NCBI RefSeq assembly: GCF_033153115.1
Contig: NW_026889772.1
Location: forward strand, 1,116,001 to 1,180,000
Direction: 5' to 3'
Source: Saccostrea echinata
Taxonomy: Eukaryota
DNA: 64,000 nt
The first letter of the stretch is position 1. The number at the start of each line of letters is the position of its first letter. Shown here one piece after another: positions 60,101 through 64,000 of this stretch. A model generated the notes under the pieces. It searched no databases, was not told where the DNA came from, and saw only the letters and a program-made list of their open reading frames with translations. Position numbers and translations under genes: made by a program.

Positions 60101-63100
60101 CACTTATTTTCCTGGCCCAGCAGTGACTATAGATACTCAGTTTACTGGTAGTTTGATGTCACTTATTTATCTAGCCCAGCAGTGCTTATAAATATTCAGT
60201 TTACAGGTAGTTTGATGTCACTTATTTACCTTATAGATACTCAGTTTACTGGTAGTTTAATGTCACTTATTTACCTGGTCCAGCAGTGACTATAGATACT
60301 CAGTTTAGTTTGTTGTCACTTATTTACCTAACCCAGCAGTGACTATAGATACTCAGTTTAGTTTGATGTCACTTATTTACCTAGCCCAGCAGTGACTATA
60401 GATACTCAGTTAAGTTTGATGTCACTTATTTACCTAACCCAGCAGTGACTATAGATACTCAGATTAGTTTGATGTCACTTATTTACCTAACCCAGCAGTG
60501 ACTATAGATACTCAGATTAGTTTGATGTCACTTATTTACCTAACCCAGCAGTGACTATAGATTCTCAGTTTAGTTTGATGTCACTTATTTACCTAACCCA
60601 GCAGTGACTATAGATTCTCAGTTTAGTTTGATGTCACTTATTTACCTAACCCAGCAGTGACTATAGATACTCAGATTAGTTTGATGTCACTTATTTACCT
60701 AGCCCAGCAGTGACTATAGATACTCAGTTTAGTTTGATGTCACTTATTTACCTAGCCCAGCAGTGACTATAGATACTCGGTTTACTGGTAGTTTGATGTC
60801 ACTTATTAACCTAGCCCAGCAGTGACTATAGATACTCAGTTTAGTTTGATGTCACTTATTTACCTGGTCCAGCAGTGACTATAGATACTCAGTTTAGTTT
60901 GATGTCACTTATTTACCTAGCCCAGCAGTGACTATAGATACTCAGTTTAGTTTGATGTCACTTATTTACCTAGCCCAGCAGTGACTATAGATACTCAGTT
61001 TAGTTTGATGTCACTTATTTACCTAGCCCAGCAGTGACTATAGATACTCAGTTTACTGGTAATTTGATATCACTTATTTACCTAGCCCAGCAGTGACTAT
61101 AAATACTCAGTTTACTGGTAGTTTGATGTCACTTGTTTACCTGGTCCAGCAGTGACTATAGATACTCAGTTTACTGGTAATTTGATATCACTTATTTACC
61201 TGGTCCAGCAGTGACCGCTGCCACACCAATCGTCCCTGACATCCTGGCTACAGCATCTGCTGCAAAAACTGTAGTCACCTGACAACAATTCAATACAAAT
61301 AATCATTTTAGTAATGAAAAGCATTAATCAATTTTAACCTGGTGTATATGGAATGTAAATCAATTATTCAAAACTATCAATGATGCCATTACTAATTTGT
61401 TATAACAATTTCAGGATGCTGTAAATTTTTTTAAAAGACCAATTAATCATCTGTTTTGAGAATTATATTACAGTGATTTATGTTAAACTTTATTCAAATT
61501 ATATTGAACTAAGGCCAAATTTATATGATAGCCATTATAATAATATTTAACAACATCTTTCATACAAGTATTTTTTCATTAAGTGTTTACAAAAGGAAAA
61601 CTATCAAAAATGTTCTCTTCTTATAAGCTATGAAATGTATAGTGGACATTTTTTCATGGCCATTGGCACAACTTCACTGATTTTATGACTAAATTCATAC
61701 CTCATGTCTTGTGTCTACAACTCTTATCCCAAGCTTTTCACAAGCTACGAGTATAGGGGATATATGTCCTCCTACGAGGGTAAACACATACTTCACTCCG
61801 TGTGCCTACAAACCAAATCAAACAGTGTATAATTCTGACATTTTTATATTCGGTTTATGTCCTCATGGATGAAAAAATGGATAAGAATGATTAAAGATTC
61901 CAAAATGTGTTCTATGCAAAAACTGCAAAATAAACCAGTTATTTTAAAATCCAATACTGTATCAACTCTGATTTCTTACACCTAAAAACTAAGTGCACAT
62001 GTAGTTCTGAAGCAGCTGACTTTAATTTATAACTAAAATAAACACGGAAGACTTGATAATTCTCTGTATTTTCCTCCAAACTTTTTCACTCTTCAATACA
62101 GAAAAAGTGAAATTATCTGCAGCTAGAGTTAAAAGATATATCCCAAATTCTATTGTTGATTTAACTGCAGTAAAGTTTACATATTTCTGAGTGAAAATTC
62201 TTGATGAGATATTAAACTTTAACCAAATTACTGTTTAATTCTATGCTCAAGGGAACTATTTGTGTGTATACTCCAGTTGATCCAAACTTTACAGAACTAT
62301 AATCAATTAAACTGAATCATTTGGGATTAAAATCATTGTTAATTATAAATCTTAGACATGAAAAGTTAAAAAATTATTATTTGTAATATTGTAGATTGCA
62401 AGGATATGAGACACTAATGGGGCTATAACAAGAAAGAAACATTATGAAGGACATGACCAGGATGGGAGCCTGTGGCCCCAAACTCTTTACAAAGTGCTTC
62501 AATAACTGAGGTATCTAATTCTTACTAGGGCTGTGTGTTGAGCAAAAAATTTTGATACGATATAATATGATATTTTATAAAGTGATATGCAATATATTGG
62601 ATACCTTAACAAGTCTATCAAAAAACTCTTGTAAATCATTTTATTTTAATGCATAAAATTTTTTGAAAAATGAGTGTTTTAAAAACAATTTCAAAGTTCT
62701 TGTCTTGCTGTCATTATAAAATACGCTTCAAATTCAACTTTTTAATGACTATAAAACCAACATGTTTAAAAAAAAATATCTATGCATTTTATAATAATTA
62801 TTTAAGATGTCATATCTCCTTAATGTTTATATCATTATTGATCTGTTTTAATTCAAAACAGTCAAATATAATCTTTGGTGATTGAAATTCCTAACTTTTT
62901 CACAGAATTATAAGAAAAACCGCCAGCCCGATACATATTGGAAGTTATTTCTTCGATACGATACATTCTTGAATATTGATATACATGTATAATCGATATA
63001 CATTGATACAACCCTAATTCTTACCATGGACTGACAGGAAACCTGTCAATAAGCCGGCCACCATGTACACCAAGATCAAGAGTTTTATCTATTAAATTTA

Positions 63101-63479
63101 TTTTGTATTCCTGTCCATATATTACCTTAAGGACATCCGCCACAATGTCGCCACCATTCCTCTTTGTTTTGCTGTCAACCTGTGAATGAATTATTGAATA
63201 TTACCCATCATGAAAATCTAATGAGAGGCTTTTCATCAGAGCTACAGACAGCCCTTCAAAGCAGGTTTCTGATATGCTCATGTCATATGGAAATAAAACT
63301 AAACACAATGCTTGACTCCAAATCAGAAATGAATCGAGGATTACCTTGTGAAATAGCTGATAAATTATTCCGAACTTCCTCAGGAAATACACGGTCCCTA
63401 GAGCTGCTGCAGATAAACCAACAGGAAGAGCCAAGTTTCTGAACAATTTCTGCAAACTCTCATTTTGTGACCCAGCCAT
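44964..63479 (-). CDS. ILVBL: 2-hydroxyacyl-CoA lyase 2 / acetolactate synthase-like ThDP enzyme, 16 exons, 633 aa
   Basis: Exons 63479-63345, 63179-63126, 61805-61701, 61278-61200, 54056-53965, 53558-53420, 52831-52717, 51957-51857, 51463-51354, 51025-50902, 50755-50661, 50315-50161, 49488-49351, 46976-46802, 46486-46388 and 45149-44964 (1902 nt, all GT-AG, phases consistent). Motifs [39 protein letters not shown], ThDP motif GDGS...GND, N-terminal hydrophobic anchor, C-terminal FREGSISV. Confidence 0.97.
45700..46412 (-). repeat. 42-bp ILVBL exon-15 end plus donor array, ~17 copies
   Basis: Minus-strand unit AGCAGTGTGGCCTGTAAATTAGCA|GTAAGTAAACGAGACCAT. Confidence 0.96.
47141..48106 (-). 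mobile_element. HINE / CvA-like element, same family as 15913-16998
   Basis: Reverse-complement termini (..CCCATGGGCCTCTTGTT), (CCGT)n microsatellite, ~4 x 167-bp units. Confidence 0.87.
48785..49392 (-). repeat. 52-bp ILVBL exon-13 end plus donor array, ~11-12 copies
   Basis: Minus-strand unit GTGGTGGTGATTTTGTGGCCACTGCTGCATACATCCTCAG|GTTAGTTTACAG. Confidence 0.96.
49988..50112 (+). mobile_element. Isolated 3'-end fragment of the Penelope-like element
   Basis: CAGGGAATGCTTAC.CCTCCATGGCACCTGATCCC.CCTCTG..GTCCGTGTTTGCTCTGCTC matches 15197-15315. Confidence 0.8.
51966..52245 (+). mobile_element. Short Helentron-type non-autonomous element
   Basis: AACAAGATGTGTTTGTGAAACAC start, (ACAG)n microsatellite, terminal hairpin TATGCGCCC.GAT..ATC.GGGCGCATA. 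Confidence 0.75.
54350..61216 (-). repeat. ILVBL exon-4 end plus donor array (53/59/45-bp variants, ~100 copies, ~1.65-kb higher-order repeat)
   Basis: Minus-strand unit GTCACTGCTGG(AC/GC)(C/T)AG|GTAAATAAGTGACATCAAACT..AAACTGAGTATCTATA; near-identical variant blocks 1652 bp apart (58114 and 59766). Confidence 0.97.
55449..56909. mobile_element. Mutator/foldback-like non-autonomous element with (GAAAC)n-rich TIRs and 10-bp TSD
   Basis: TAGTTTGATG|GGGTACCTGTAAAATGCGAAACGAAATAG ... CTATTTCGTTTCGCACTTTACAGGTACCC|TAGTTTGATG. Confidence 0.88.
62526..63016. mobile_element. hAT MITE with perfect 8-bp TSD
   Basis: ATTCTTAC|TAGGGCTGTG ... TACAACCCTA|ATTCTTAC. Confidence 0.88.
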
Positions 63480-64000
63480 CTTTTGCCGTGGACTTTGTGT
63501 CGGCTTCTGCCACCTACTTTCACTTTCATTAATAAAAAAGTAGGCCAATCCTATTTCATGCATACAACATGTACAATGAATACGATGAATTCTTCATCAA
63601 ATATTATTAGCTATAACTTTGTTTTCTAAGTAATAAATGAACCCCTTATATTTTCAAATTGTTGATTTCTATCTCTAAAATAGATAGATTGATCTATTCT
63701 GTTCATTTTATATGATATAAGCGACCATTATAATCATTTTGCTGTTTCCGGTTAGCAGTCTGACGTGTATGCCCTCGGTCAAACCATACTTATAGGATAA
63801 ATGTGACTGACTAATTTGTCGTCTACTTAAGGTAACGTTAGGGTTTTCAGCTGTGACTACAGTCATACATTATCGAAAAAAATAAATTCTACATTGAACG
63901 CGATATTGACATTAACATACGATTAGTGATTAACCAACTATAGATCTAATTGATAAACATTAACATTTTGAATGTTTTGATAAGCCAGTTGTGTTCACGC

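Noticed and set aside
29255-61216. Regular 27-59-bp arrays as CRISPR arrays
   Set aside because: No unique spacers and no cas genes; the units are contiguous tandem repeats inside spliceosomal introns.
44964-63479. Horizontally acquired bacterial acetolactate synthase (ilvB)
   Set aside because: It has 15 spliceosomal introns, an N-terminal membrane anchor, and length and motifs typical of metazoan ILVBL/HACL2.

Overview
AT-rich, intron-rich animal DNA. The repeat families (HINE/CvA-like elements with ~167-bp internal satellites) suggest an oyster or other bivalve (inference). I reconstructed three host genes by hand from splice sites and reading phase. (1) The 5' part of KLHDC10 (minus strand, exons 1-6, running off the left edge). 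(2) A 6-exon, 288-aa DUF547-domain gene (plus strand, 27642-38084) with a U12-type minor intron, preceded by a ~9-kb tandem partial duplicate carrying exons 1-3. (3) A complete 16-exon, 633-aa ILVBL/HACL2 (minus strand, 44964-63479). A full-length 4.3-kb PIF/Harbinger transposon (13-bp TIRs, TAA TSD, 3-exon Myb/SANT gene, frameshifted DDE transposase) sits 7 bp upstream of the KLHDC10 start codon. There are also many MITEs, Helentron-type elements, decayed Penelope-like RT fragments and a probable Polinton/Maverick end at the duplication junction. The most striking pattern is that most intronic minisatellites are anchored on exon boundaries. Their unit is the end of a coding exon plus its splice donor (or the acceptor plus exon start), amplified 2 to ~100 times, and this happens independently in all three genes.
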